A stretch of 64,000 bases of DNA, taken from the NCBI GenBank assembly GCA_963851265.1, contig CAWKNZ010000001.1, positions 160,001 through 224,000 of the forward strand. Reading direction: 5' to 3'. A program made the translations under genes and the position numbers. The notes below the pieces were generated by a model. That model was given only the letters and a program-made list of their open reading frames with translations. It ran no database searches and was not told where the DNA came from. The DNA comes from an uncultured Gemmatimonadales bacterium. GTDB taxonomy: Bacteria > Gemmatimonadota > Gemmatimonadetes > Gemmatimonadales > Gemmatimonadaceae. Below are positions 14,937-27,058 of the stretch, piece after piece (position 1 is the first letter of the stretch; every line of letters begins with the position of its first letter).

Positions 14937-16859
14937 TCACGCGGTGAACCACGACGCCCACCCGGAGCTCCCGTCCCACGACGTCGCGTAGACCAGCCCG
15001 TCCGAGCCGACCGTGAACAGGTCCAGGTGCGCCGTGAGGCGCGAGATCGCCGCGACCGTTCCGCCGGGCTCTCCCACGCCGCCCGCCACCCAGAACCACC
15101 CGGCCCAGCCCGTGGCCGCGTCCCACCACGTGCTGTAGACGCGGTTGTCGGTGCCGATCGTGAACACGTCGAGGTGGTTGGTGAAGCGCGACACCGCCGT
15201 GACCTGCGCGCCCGGCGACGCCACGCCGCCCGAGACCTGGAACCACCCCGCCGCCCACCCGGTGTGTACGTCCCACCAGGTCGACATCGTGGCGCCGTTC
15301 GCGGCCGTCGTGAACAGGTCGAGGTGGTCCACGAAGCGCACGACCGCGTTCACCACCGAGTCGGGGCGGCACACGACGCCGTTGAGCGGGAACCACGCGT
15401 GCCAGCCGCTCGCCGCGTCCCACCAGCAGCTGTAGACGCGCTCGTCCGTGCCCACCGTGAACAGGTCGAGGTGGGTGGGGAAGCGTGCGACGGCGGTCAC
15501 GGTGGCGCCGGGCGCGGCCACGCCGCCCATCACCTGGAACCAGCCGGCCCAGCCCGTGCTCGCGTCCCACCACGTCGACACGGTGGCGCCGTCGGCCGCC
15601 GTCGTGAACAGGTCGAGGTGGTTGATGTTGCGCGAGACGACGTTCACCGTCGACCCGGGGCGGCACGCCATCGTGCCGAGCGGGAACCACGGGTGCCACC
15701 CGCTCGACGCGTCCCACCAGCAGCTGTAGACGCGGTTGTCGGTGCCGACGGTGAACAGGTCGAGGTGGTTGGCGAAGCGCGACACGGAGGTGACCGGCGA
15801 GCCCGCGCCGCCGGGCGACGCGACGCCGCCCTCGACCTGGAACCAGTTGGCCCACCCGAAGCTCGCGTCCCACCAGTCCGACATCGTGCGCCCGTCGTTG
15901 GCGACGGCGAACACGTCGAGGTGCGTGGGCACGCGCGCGACCGCGCTCATCGGCGTGCGCGGTCGTGCGGCGAGCGTCGCGCGCGGCGGCCGGAGCACGC
16001 AGGCGTTGGCGCTGTTCGACCACTCGGTCTGGATCGTGAACCCGCCGAGGTTCGTCACCGACCCGTTGCAGATGTCGCCGATCTCGTTGCCGGTGGCGCT
16101 GTCCCACCACGCGTTGAGCGCGGGGTCGGTGATGGCCTCGCACAGCTCGTGGCTGCTCACCTTGGTGAGCGTGTTGAGGATCGTCCCGAACGAGCACCCG
16201 CCGCACGTCACGAACGGCTCGACGGCGTAGTAGACCGCGCCGGTCGGGGCGTTGAAGTGGCCGTGGTAGCCGCAGTACTGCACGCACGACGACTGGGTGC
16301 CCTGGGTCGAGACGACGCCCGGGGGCAGGTACACGAAGTAGAGCGTGTTGGGCGTGACCGCCGGCACGGTCCCGGCCGCGATCCACCCCGCGAGGGCCGC
16401 CTGAATCTGCCCGTCGCTCACCGTGCCGCTCCCGCCGCCGGGCTCCGACGTGGTGATCGTGCGCGAGCCGATGTGGGTGCCGTGGCCGATCGGCGCGCCG
16501 GGGAGGCTGTACTCGGCGAGCTGGTCGATGAGCGAGCTGGTGAGGATGAAGTTGAAGAAGGCGTCCACCTGACCGCGCAGCGGCGCCTGCGCCGGCTGCG
16601 TCCACGCCGCGCCCCAGTAGACGGTGACGACCTGCACCGCCGACAGCACCGGGCCGCCGTGGTACGTGAGGTGGGGCGGCGGCGCGGCCGGCGCCGGGGC
16701 GCCGGCGGCCGGAGTGCCTAACGTTAGGCCCTTGTCGTCCGCCGGCGGCGTGTGCAGCGGGACGATGTTGCGCGGCCCCACCGGCTGCGCGCCCGCGAGT
16801 TGGGGCGTGTACGAGGCGAGGGGCGCGCCCTCTCGCGTGCTGCCGTGTTCGGGTGTCAT
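14937..16859 (-). CDS. Phi-1/EXORDIUM-like N-terminal domain plus 7-bladed Trp-rich lectin-like beta-propeller
   Basis: LTYHGGPVL, YCGYH, SHELCEAITDP, EIGDIC; seven ~49-aa repeats HLDLF...WWD...GW..WF; GGAGG RBS. Confidence 0.8.
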   Translation of the reverse strand: MTPEHGSTREGAPLASYTPQLAGAQPVGPRNIVPLHTPPADDKGLTLGTPAAGAPAPAAPPPHLTYHGGPVLSAVQVVTVYWGAAWTQPAQAPLRGQVDAFFNFILTSSLIDQLAEYSLPGAPIGHGTHIGSRTITTSEPGGGSGTVSDGQIQAALAGWIAAGTVPAVTPNTLYFVYLPPGVVSTQGTQSSCVQYCGYHGHFNAPTGAVYYAVEPFVTCGGCSFGTILNTLTKVSSHELCEAITDPALNAWWDSATGNEIGDICNGSVTNLGGFTIQTEWSNSANACVLRPPRATLAARPRTPMSAVARVPTHLDVFAVANDGRTMSDWWDASFGWANWFQVEGGVASPGGAGSPVTSVSRFANHLDLFTVGTDNRVYSCWWDASSGWHPWFPLGTMACRPGSTVNVVSRNINHLDLFTTAADGATVSTWWDASTGWAGWFQVMGGVAAPGATVTAVARFPTHLDLFTVGTDERVYSCWWDAASGWHAWFPLNGVVCRPDSVVNAVVRFVDHLDLFTTAANGATMSTWWDVHTGWAAGWFQVSGGVASPGAQVTAVSRFTNHLDVFTIGTDNRVYSTWWDAATGWAGWFWVAGGVGEPGGTVAAISRLTAHLDLFTVGSDGLVYATSWDGSSGWASWFTA

Positions 16860-17083
16860 GAGGCCCTCCGGGGCGCTCGCCCGGACCATTCCGGGCGCGC
16901 CCTCAATCGTTTCACGACGGCAATAAGTCAAGCGCGCCGGGAGGGCGACGCGCGACGTGCGGCTTCCGGGGCGTAGCACCCTCGCTGCCCGCCCGCCGCT
17001 GCGGCGTGGCGCGCGTGTCAGGGCCCGCCGGGCGCCTGGACGGCGCCGCGCCGCCGTCGTGCCGACCACGCCCGGGCGGACGC

Positions 17084-17112
17084 TTGCGCGCAGGCCCGGC
17101 CGTCGCCACATT
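17084..17112 (+). promoter_or_regulatory. Putative promoter of the leader/aromatic operon
   Basis: TTGCGC (17084-17089), 17 nt, CACATT (17107-17112), 9 nt before the leader ATG. Confidence 0.5.
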
Positions 17113-17121
17113 GGCCGGACC

Positions 17122-17223
17122 ATGCGCCGCCCGACCGCCGCCCAGTATTACTTTAGCAGCTATCGCTACTTCGGCTTCCCGCCGGGGACAGCGGTGCTGT
17201 GCGCGCGCTTGAGCAGGCAGTAG
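17122..17223 (+). CDS. Tyr/Phe-rich attenuator leader peptide (33 aa)
   Basis: MRRPTAAQYYFSSYRYFGFPPGTAVLCARLSRQ*; 4 Tyr + 3 Phe in codons 9-19, directly upstream of a terminator and Phe/Tyr biosynthesis genes. Confidence 0.85.
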   Translation: MRRPTAAQYYFSSYRYFGFPPGTAVLCARLSRQ

Positions 17224-17250
17224 CTCCAAAGCGACCTCGCGATACACGCC

Positions 17251-17282
17251 AGCGGCCCCCGAATCTCGGGGGCCGCTTTTTT
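17251..17282 (+). terminator. Attenuator intrinsic terminator
   Basis: AGCGGCCCCCGA-atc-TCGGGGGCCGCT (12-bp stem) with T run 17277-17282, 22 nt before the aroF ATG. Confidence 0.9.
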
Positions 17283-17304
17283 GTTGTCCCCTGCCGCTAC
17301 CACC

Positions 17305-18284
<980 letters not shown>

Positions 18285-18288
<4 letters not shown>

Positions 18289-19235
18289 GCACCGCCGCGA
18301 CCGGGGGCGCGCCGGCGGTCGCGCTCCGCCCGCCTACCGCGGCAGCCGCTCCGCGTGTGGCGTTCCAGGGCGAACACGGTGCGTACAGCGAGGAGGCCGT
18401 CGCGGCGTGGTGGGGCGGCGCGGCGGTCGCCGTGCCGGCGCGCGAGTGCGCCGACGTCGCGCGCCTGGTCGAGTCGGGCGCGGTCGACCACGGAATGCTC
18501 GCCATCGAGAACACGCTCGCCGGTAGCGTGCTCGCCGCCTACGACGCACTCGCGACGGCCGCGGGCGTGACGGTCGTGGGCGAGGTGGTGTTGCCCATCC
18601 ACCACTGCGTGCTCGCCCCGCCGGGGGCCGACCTCGCGTCGCTCTCCACGGTGGAAAGTCACCCGGTGGCTCTCGCGCAGTGCGGGCGCTTTCTCGCCGA
18701 CCACCCGCACGTCGACGCCCGCGCCGCCTACGACACCGCCGGCGCGGCGCGGGCGGTGGCCGCGCGCGGCGACCCCCGCTGCGCGGCAATCGCCGGTCAC
18801 GGGGCGGCCGAGCGGTTCGGCCTCGCGGTGCTCGCGGCCAACGTCGAGGACCGGCCCGACAACCAGACGCGCTTTCTCGTGCTCGCCCCTGCATCTGCCG
18901 GGCGGATCGTGAACGTGGCAGCGGCGCTGCCCGAGGGCGCGCCCGCGCGCACCGCGCTCATCGCCGTCACCGACAACGTGCCGGGCGCACTCCTGCGCCT
19001 CCTCGCCCCGCTCGCGGCGGCCGCGCTCAACGTGAGCAAGATCGAGTCGCGCCCCACCGGCGTGCCGTGGGCCTACCGCTTCTTCCTCGAATTCGAGCAC
19101 GCGGCCGCCGATCCGCGCGTGGACGACGCGCTCGCCGCCGTGCGCGGCGCGTCGCGCGAACTCCGCACGCTCGGCACCTTCGCGCGCGCCCACCCGGCCG
19201 ATGCCTCGCCAACCACCCGGGGGCACGATGGCTGA
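18285..19235 (+). CDS. pheA: Prephenate dehydratase with ACT domain
   Basis: [45 protein letters not shown] overlap. Confidence 0.93.
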
Positions 19236-20199
19236 ACGCGCCGTGGGAATCGTGGGCCTCGGGTTGATCGGGGGCTCGCTGGCCCGGGCGCTCCTCGCGC
19301 GCGGCGTGCGCGTACTGGGGACCGCGCACGACGCCGAGGACCGTCGGCTCGCGGCGCGGTGCGGGGTGGAGGTCACGGGCGGCGTGGCCGAACTCGCGGC
19401 CGCGATGCCCGCCGCCGGTGCGCCGGCCAGCCATCCCACGAGACCACCGGCGCCCAGCGTGGTGGTGCTCGCCGTCCCGCTCCCGGCGCTCGGGGCGGCG
19501 GCGGGCGCGCTGCTCGGTTCGCTCGCGCCCGACGCGGTCGTGCTGCACGCCGCCGGTCTGCAGCGGCCGGCGGCCACCGGGCTCGACGCCGTCGCGAGGG
19601 CGCGCGTGATTGGGACGCACCCACTGGCGGGGTCGCACGAGGCCGGGTTCGCGGCGTCGCGCGCGGATCTGTTCGCGGGGGCGGCGGTGTGGGCGGAGGA
19701 GCGCGCGGGCGACGCGGCGCGCGCCTGCCTCGAATGGCTGTGGGCGTGCGTGGGCGCGCGCGCCGTCGAGTACCGGAGCGCCGAATCGCACGACGCGGCG
19801 ATGGCCTGGGTCAGCCACCTGCCGCAACTCGCGTCGACCGCGCTCGCGGCGGCGCTCGACACCGCCGGCATGCCGGCCACGCTCGGCGGACCCGGCCTGC
19901 GCGACGCGACCCGCCTCGCCGCGAGCCCGTTCCCCCTCTGGCAGGACGTGCTGCGCGCGGCTCCCCCCGAGACCGACGCGGCGCTCGCTCGGCTGGCCGA
20001 CACGATCGCGCAGCTCCGCGCCGCGCTCGCCCGCGGCGACGGCGACGCGCTGGCCGCGCTGTGGGAGCGGGCCGGCAACTGGCGAACCGGGCGCACACCG
20101 GTGCCCCACGACCGGGCCAACGACGACGGTCCGGACCACCCTGATTCGGAGGAGACCGCGATGCACGAGGCGGGAATGGAGGGTGCCGCGCGATGGTGA
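19228..20199 (+). CDS. tyrA: Prephenate/arogenate dehydrogenase
   Basis: GLGLIGGSLA, THPLAGS, HDAAMAWVSHLPQL, GPGLRDATRLA. Confidence 0.9.
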   Translation: MAERAVGIVGLGLIGGSLARALLARGVRVLGTAHDAEDRRLAARCGVEVTGGVAELAAAMPAAGAPASHPTRPPAPSVVVLAVPLPALGAAAGALLGSLAPDAVVLHAAGLQRPAATGLDAVARARVIGTHPLAGSHEAGFAASRADLFAGAAVWAEERAGDAARACLEWLWACVGARAVEYRSAESHDAAMAWVSHLPQLASTALAAALDTAGMPATLGGPGLRDATRLAASPFPLWQDVLRAAPPETDAALARLADTIAQLRAALARGDGDALAALWERAGNWRTGRTPVPHDRANDDGPDHPDSEETAMHEAGMEGAARW

Positions 20200-20591
20200 A
20201 CGCGACGGGTCTGGCGGTACGCGCGATTCGCGGCGCGACCGCCGTCGACGTCGACGAGCCCGAGGCGGTGAAGGCCGCGACGCGCGAACTCCTCGCGTGC
20301 ATCGTCGAACGCAACGGCGTGGGTCCGGACGACCTGATCAGCGCCGTGTTCACGGTCACCGGCGACCTCACGAGCACCTTCCCCGCACACGCCGCGCGCG
20401 AGATGGGGTGGACCGACGTGCCGCTGCTCTGCGCGCTCGAGATCCCGGTGCCCGGCGCGCTCGCGCGCTGCGTGCGCGTCCTGCTCCACGTCATGAGCGA
20501 CCGGCCGCGCGCGGCCGTTCAGCACGTCTACCTCCGCGGCGCGGTCGTGCTCCGCCCCGACCTCACCGCCGTGGCCGCGCATGACGCCTGA
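20193..20591 (+). CDS. aroH: Chorismate mutase, AroH class
   Basis: RAIRGAT, FTVTGDL, FPA, VPLLCALEI, HVYLRGAVVLRPD. Confidence 0.93.
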   Translation: MVNATGLAVRAIRGATAVDVDEPEAVKAATRELLACIVERNGVGPDDLISAVFTVTGDLTSTFPAHAAREMGWTDVPLLCALEIPVPGALARCVRVLLHVMSDRPRAAVQHVYLRGAVVLRPDLTAVAAHDA

Positions 20592-21924
20592 CCTCGCCTG
20601 GGCACCGTCATCGCGCGTGCCACCCGTCGTGCCGCCCGTGGCATCATCCGTCCCGCCGATTCTCGCCGAGGGGCAGGACGCCGGCGCGCGCTGCGCCGAT
20701 CGGGCCCGCCAGCTCGGCGTCGCCGGGGCATCGGGCGCAACCGACGTGCTGGCTGCGGCCCGCGCGCTCGAAGCGGCGGGTCGGCGCATCGTGCACCTCG
20801 AGGTGGGCGAGCCCGACGCCCCGACGCCGCCGCACATCGTCGAGGCCGGGATGCGTGCCCTGCGCGACGGGCACACGCGTTACGGGCCGCCGGCCGGCAT
20901 CCCCGAGCTGCGCGCGGCGGCGGCCGACGCGCTCCGCGCGCGCGGCGCGCCGGCCGACGCCGCGCGCGTGGTGGTCGCGCCGGGCGCGCGCGCCGTGCTG
21001 TTCACGACGCTGCTGGCCGCGGTCCGCCCCGGCGACGAGGTGCTCGTCCCCGACCCGGGCTACGGCACCTACGGCGCGGTGGCCGAGTTCGCCGGCGGGC
21101 GCGCCGTGCGCTACGCGCTCGACGCGGCGCGCGGGTTCGCGATCGACGTCGCCGCGATCGCGGCGCGCGTCACGCCACGCACGCGCGTCCTCGTCGTCAA
21201 CGCGCCCCACAACCCGACGGGCGCGGTGGCCGACGCGGCCGCCTGGGAGGCGGTCGCCGAACTCGCCTGCCGGCACGACCTGCTCGTCGTCTCGGACGAG
21301 ATCTACTCCCGGCACGTCTACACCGACGCGCGGGACCCCATCGCGCCGGACGGCATCGGGAGCGACGCGTCGGGCGCCGTCGGTCACCCGAGCATCGCCG
21401 CCGCGCCGGAGATGGCCGGGCGCACGGTCGTGGTGGACGGCTTTTCCAAGGCGTACGCAATGACGGGGTGGCGGCTCGGCTACGGCCTCCTGCCGGCGGG
21501 GCTCGTCGCGCCGGTCACCGCCCTCCTCACGCAGAGCGCGTCGTGCACGGCGACGTTCGTGCAGCACGCGGGGGTCGCGGCGCTCACGGGGCCGCAGGAC
21601 GCGGTGGCCGCGCAGACGGCGGAGTTTCGGCGGCGGCGCGACTGGTTGGTCGACGCGTTGAACCGGATCGACGGCGTGGCGTGCGCGACGCCCGGCGGCG
21701 CGTTCTACGTGTTTCCCCGCGTCGAGGCCGCACTCGCGGGTACGGGGCAGACGGAGGGTACGCTCGCGCGGCGCCTGCTCGACGCGCACGGCGTGGCGTG
21801 CGTACCGGGGACGGCGTTCGGGCCGGCCGGGACGGGGCATCTGCGCTTCGCGTACACGGCACCGTTCGGCGATCTCGAGATCGCGGTCGAGGCACTGCGG
21901 GCGTCTGTAAGCCAGGGTTCGTAG
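20581..21924 (+). CDS. PLP-dependent class I/II aminotransferase
   Basis: GEPD, NAPHNPTG, SDEIY, GFSKAYAMTGWRLG; overlaps aroH. Confidence 0.92.
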   Translation: MTPDLAWAPSSRVPPVVPPVASSVPPILAEGQDAGARCADRARQLGVAGASGATDVLAAARALEAAGRRIVHLEVGEPDAPTPPHIVEAGMRALRDGHTRYGPPAGIPELRAAAADALRARGAPADAARVVVAPGARAVLFTTLLAAVRPGDEVLVPDPGYGTYGAVAEFAGGRAVRYALDAARGFAIDVAAIAARVTPRTRVLVVNAPHNPTGAVADAAAWEAVAELACRHDLLVVSDEIYSRHVYTDARDPIAPDGIGSDASGAVGHPSIAAAPEMAGRTVVVDGFSKAYAMTGWRLGYGLLPAGLVAPVTALLTQSASCTATFVQHAGVAALTGPQDAVAAQTAEFRRRRDWLVDALNRIDGVACATPGGAFYVFPRVEAALAGTGQTEGTLARRLLDAHGVACVPGTAFGPAGTGHLRFAYTAPFGDLEIAVEALRASVSQGS

Positions 21925-21986
21925 GGCCGGTTGCCTCCACCGCCCCTGGCGGGTATCGTGGCGCACCCCGACCTGCGAGGTGTACC

Positions 21987-23111
21987 CTGCCGTCGTTCGT
22001 CCACCCCCGCCGCCTCGGCGCCACGCTCCTCGTCGGCGCCGCCCTGACCCGCGCGAGCGCGCCGAGCGGATGGCGCGTCGACGCGCGGCCCGCGGCGCCG
22101 ACCGTCTCCCCCGCCCTGCTCGTCCTCTCGAAGACCGACCACGTGCTCAGCGTCGTCGACCCCGCGACGCTCCGGGTCGTCGGGCAGGTGCCGTCGGGCC
22201 CCGATCCCCACGAGGTCATCGCGTCGGCCGACGGCCGCATGGCGTACATCTCCAACTACGGAGGCGGCGCGTACCACACGCTCACCCCCGTCGATCTCTC
22301 GGGGCCGCGCGCGCTTCCGGTGATCGAACTCGGCGCGCTCCGCGGCCCGCACGGCCTCGCGGTCGCGGGTGGCAAGGTCTGGTTCACCGCCGAAGCCGCC
22401 AGGGTCGTCGGCCGGTACGATCCCGCGACGGCGCAGGTCGACTGGGTACTCGGCACCGGACAGGACCGCACGCACATGGTCGACGTGTCGCCCGATGGTA
22501 AGCGGGTGATCACGACCAACGTGAGCGCGGGCACCGTGAGCATCCTCGAAGAGCGCGCCGCCCGAGGCCCGGGCGGTCCACCGCCCGGCGCCCCGCCCGG
22601 CGCCCCGCCCGGTCCACCGCCCGGCGCCCCGCCGGGGCCGCCGCCCGGCGCGCCGCGTACCGACTGGACGTCGACGGTGGTGTCCGTGGGCCGGGGCGCG
22701 GAGGGGTTCGACGTCACGCCCGACGGGAAGGAGGCGTGGGTCGCGAACGCGGGCGACGGCACCATCTCGGTCGTCGACCTCGCGGCGCGGCGGGTCGTGC
22801 AGACGATCGACGCCGGCGTGCGGGGCGCCAACCGGCTGAAGTTCACTCCCGACGGCGCGCTCGCCTTCGTTTCGACGTTAGGCGGCCCCGACGTGACGGT
22901 GCTGCGCGTCGCGACGCGGGCCGTCGTGAAGCGCGTGCCGGTGGGGCACGGGGCGGCCGGGCTGCAGGTCCAGCCCGACGGCGCCCGCGTGTACGTGGCG
23001 TGCACGCCCGACGATTACGTCGCGGTGGTCGACGTGCGGTCGCTCGCGGTGGTCGGGCGGATCGCGGCGGGGCGGGAGCCCGACGGGCTGGCGTGGGCAG
23101 TGCGGCCGTAG
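21987..23111 (+). CDS. Exported YVTN/YncE-type beta-propeller protein
   Basis: Repeats such as GPDPHEV, DVSPDGK, DVTPDGKEAWVAN, FTPDG, VQPDGARVYV; start uncertain (possible CTG). Confidence 0.8.
   Translation: MPSFVHPRRLGATLLVGAALTRASAPSGWRVDARPAAPTVSPALLVLSKTDHVLSVVDPATLRVVGQVPSGPDPHEVIASADGRMAYISNYGGGAYHTLTPVDLSGPRALPVIELGALRGPHGLAVAGGKVWFTAEAARVVGRYDPATAQVDWVLGTGQDRTHMVDVSPDGKRVITTNVSAGTVSILEERAARGPGGPPPGAPPGAPPGPPPGAPPGPPPGAPRTDWTSTVVSVGRGAEGFDVTPDGKEAWVANAGDGTISVVDLAARRVVQTIDAGVRGANRLKFTPDGALAFVSTLGGPDVTVLRVATRAVVKRVPVGHGAAGLQVQPDGARVYVACTPDDYVAVVDVRSLAVVGRIAAGREPDGLAWAVRP
22567..22655 (+). repeat. Pro/Gly tandem repeat (12-bp units) inside the propeller gene
   Basis: [30 protein letters not shown]. 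Confidence 0.8.
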
Positions 23112-23200
23112 CGGCGGTGAGGCCGTAGCGGCGGTGGGCCGGTCACGGGCCGCCGCGCCGAACCGATCCGCGACCCACCGCTCTACCCATCCCGCTCGGA

Positions 23201-25054
<1,854 letters not shown>

Positions 25055-25063
25055 TTACGCCCC

Positions 25064-26116
25064 GTGCTGACGACGAGCTACGGGGAGCGCGCGGAAATCT
25101 CGCGGCCGGCGACGCGGTGCCTGGTCGCCGTGCTCGCGGCGCTTGCCGGGTGCGGGCGCGACGCGCCGCGGCCGGCTGCCCGCGTCGCGGCGCGCGCGCC
25201 AGCAGTCGTGGTCGCGACGCCGGCGGGGCACGAACACACCTGGGACGACGCCGCGGGCGTCGGACTCGTGGTGCACGCGGGCACGGGGCAGGAGGTGCTC
25301 GTCTCGCCCGACACGGCCGAGGCGCGCAGCGGCCTGGCCCGCGCCGCGGCGGGCGCGTCCGACGGCGGCGTCGTCCTCTTCGGGCGGGCGGGCCTGCTCG
25401 GCCACGCCCAGGCCGACTCCACGTTCGACGGCGTTCCGCTCGCGGGCGCGTGCGCGACCTGGTCCGCGCTGCGGCTCGGGCCGTCGTCGGGCGCGGACGT
25501 CTCGCCAGCCTGGTCGGTCGGCTTCGTCGTTCCCGCGGGCACCGCACGACCGAAGGCGCTCGCCCTCGATTCGCTCGGCGTACTTTCGTCGCGCGATTCG
25601 GCCACGCTCGCCGCGGCGGTCACGCGTCTGGCCGCGTCGCTCCCCGACACGGGCGCCCGCGGCATTCGTCGGCGGCCTGCCCTCCGCGGCGTGCCGTTCC
25701 GCGTCCGCGACGCGCACCGCTTCACCACGAACGACGGATCGAGTGCCGTCGTTGCCGTCCTCACGCGCACCATGAATACCGAAGCCACCCCGTTCGCCGA
25801 GCAGATCCTGCTCGTCGCCGAGCGTCGATCGACGCAGCCGTACCGGCTCACCTATGCGGAGTCGGTCGCAGGCGTCGAGGAGTCGCTCCCCGCGATGGAC
25901 GTGCTCGCCGCCGTCGAGCTGCCCGCGACGGCCACGTCCCTGCCGCCCGCCCAGCCCGCGCGCGCCGCGCTCGTCCTCGGTCGCGATGGTGACGACGGCA
26001 GTCGGTACACGCTGCTCGAGCGCGAGTCGCCGGGCCGCTGGCGGGCGCGCTGGACGAGCGCGGTCTGCCGCGTCGGCGGCGCGTCGGCCACCCGCGGGAG
26101 CGTGCATGCGAGCTGA
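25064..26116 (+). CDS. Hypothetical lipoprotein
   Basis: Lipobox LAGC after a hydrophobic stretch; fills the gap on the + strand; no family recognised. Confidence 0.6.
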   Translation: MLTTSYGERAEISRPATRCLVAVLAALAGCGRDAPRPAARVAARAPAVVVATPAGHEHTWDDAAGVGLVVHAGTGQEVLVSPDTAEARSGLARAAAGASDGGVVLFGRAGLLGHAQADSTFDGVPLAGACATWSALRLGPSSGADVSPAWSVGFVVPAGTARPKALALDSLGVLSSRDSATLAAAVTRLAASLPDTGARGIRRRPALRGVPFRVRDAHRFTTNDGSSAVVAVLTRTMNTEATPFAEQILLVAERRSTQPYRLTYAESVAGVEESLPAMDVLAAVELPATATSLPPAQPARAALVLGRDGDDGSRYTLLERESPGRWRARWTSAVCRVGGASATRGSVHAS

Positions 26117-27035
26117 CCGCGGCCGCAGGGCCCACGGCGCCGCCCCACCCGTCGCCCGGCGCGGCGCCTATCGGACCGCCCACCGCGCCGCCCACCGCGC
26201 CGCCTTCGGCCCGGTCCGCGCCGCGATGACCCTCGGTGCTGCCGTGCTTCTCGCCGCAGCCTGCACGGCGCCGAGCGTGCCACGTGCCACACCTGCGCCG
26301 GCTCCTGTCGCGTCGGCGAGCGGCGCGGCGGGTTCGAGCGGGGTCGGGACGAGGGACGTGAGCACGACGGGAGCTGGCTCGCCGGCGGCGTCCGCGCGAA
26401 CGCCTGTCACGACCGCCGCCGATTCGTCGCTCGCGACGACCAACGCCCCCCCGGCGCCGCTCGCCGACGACGCGACCGCGGCCGCACTGATGACCGACGT
26501 GCGCGCCGCCGAGTCGACCATTCGCGTCGAACTCCGTTACGCGACGCCGTACAACTTCACCGGTGCCGTGCTCCCGGGCTACGAGGCACCCCATGCACTC
26601 CTACGTCGCGAGGCCGCGGCCGCACTCGCCCAGGTGCAGCGCGCCCTCGCAGCCGACGGGCTCGGGCTCAAGGTGTTCGACGCGTACCGGCCCGTGCGTG
26701 CGACCGACGCGATGGTCGCGTGGACGCGCCAGGTGCACCGTGAGGACCTGCTCCGGGATGGGTACATCGCCGAGTTGAGCCGGCACAACCTCGGCGTGGC
26801 CGTCGACCTCACGCTGGTGGAGCTCGCCAGCGGCCGCGAGCTGAAGATGGGCACCGCGTTCGACACCTTCGCCGCGTCGGCGCACACCGCGAACGCGACC
26901 GGTGAGGCCGCGCGCAACCGGGCGCGCCTCGTGCGCGCGATGGGTGCCGCAGGGTTCGTGAACCTTCCGGAGGAGTGGTGGCATTTCAGCTATCCGGTGC
27001 CCGACCCGCGGCGGTTCGACCTCGTCATCCGCTGA
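26106..27035 (+). CDS. D-alanyl-D-alanine dipeptidase (M15D, VanX/DdpX-like) lipoprotein
   Basis: LRYATPYNFTG, FDAYRP, SRHNLGVAVDLT, EEWWHF; start 26106 or 26226. Confidence 0.88.
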   Translation: MRADRGRRAHGAAPPVARRGAYRTAHRAAHRAAFGPVRAAMTLGAAVLLAAACTAPSVPRATPAPAPVASASGAAGSSGVGTRDVSTTGAGSPAASARTPVTTAADSSLATTNAPPAPLADDATAAALMTDVRAAESTIRVELRYATPYNFTGAVLPGYEAPHALLRREAAAALAQVQRALAADGLGLKVFDAYRPVRATDAMVAWTRQVHREDLLRDGYIAELSRHNLGVAVDLTLVELASGRELKMGTAFDTFAASAHTANATGEAARNRARLVRAMGAAGFVNLPEEWWHFSYPVPDPRRFDLVIR

Positions 27036-27058
27036 TCCGTCTCCTCTTCCTTCAGTTC

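Noticed and set aside
14937..15960. Regularly spaced ~147-bp repeats as a CRISPR array
   Set aside because: Degenerate in-frame protein repeats (propeller blades); no cas genes
26106..27035. Vancomycin-resistance cluster
   Set aside because: Lone VanX-like dipeptidase with a lipoprotein signal; no vanA/vanH/vanRS nearby
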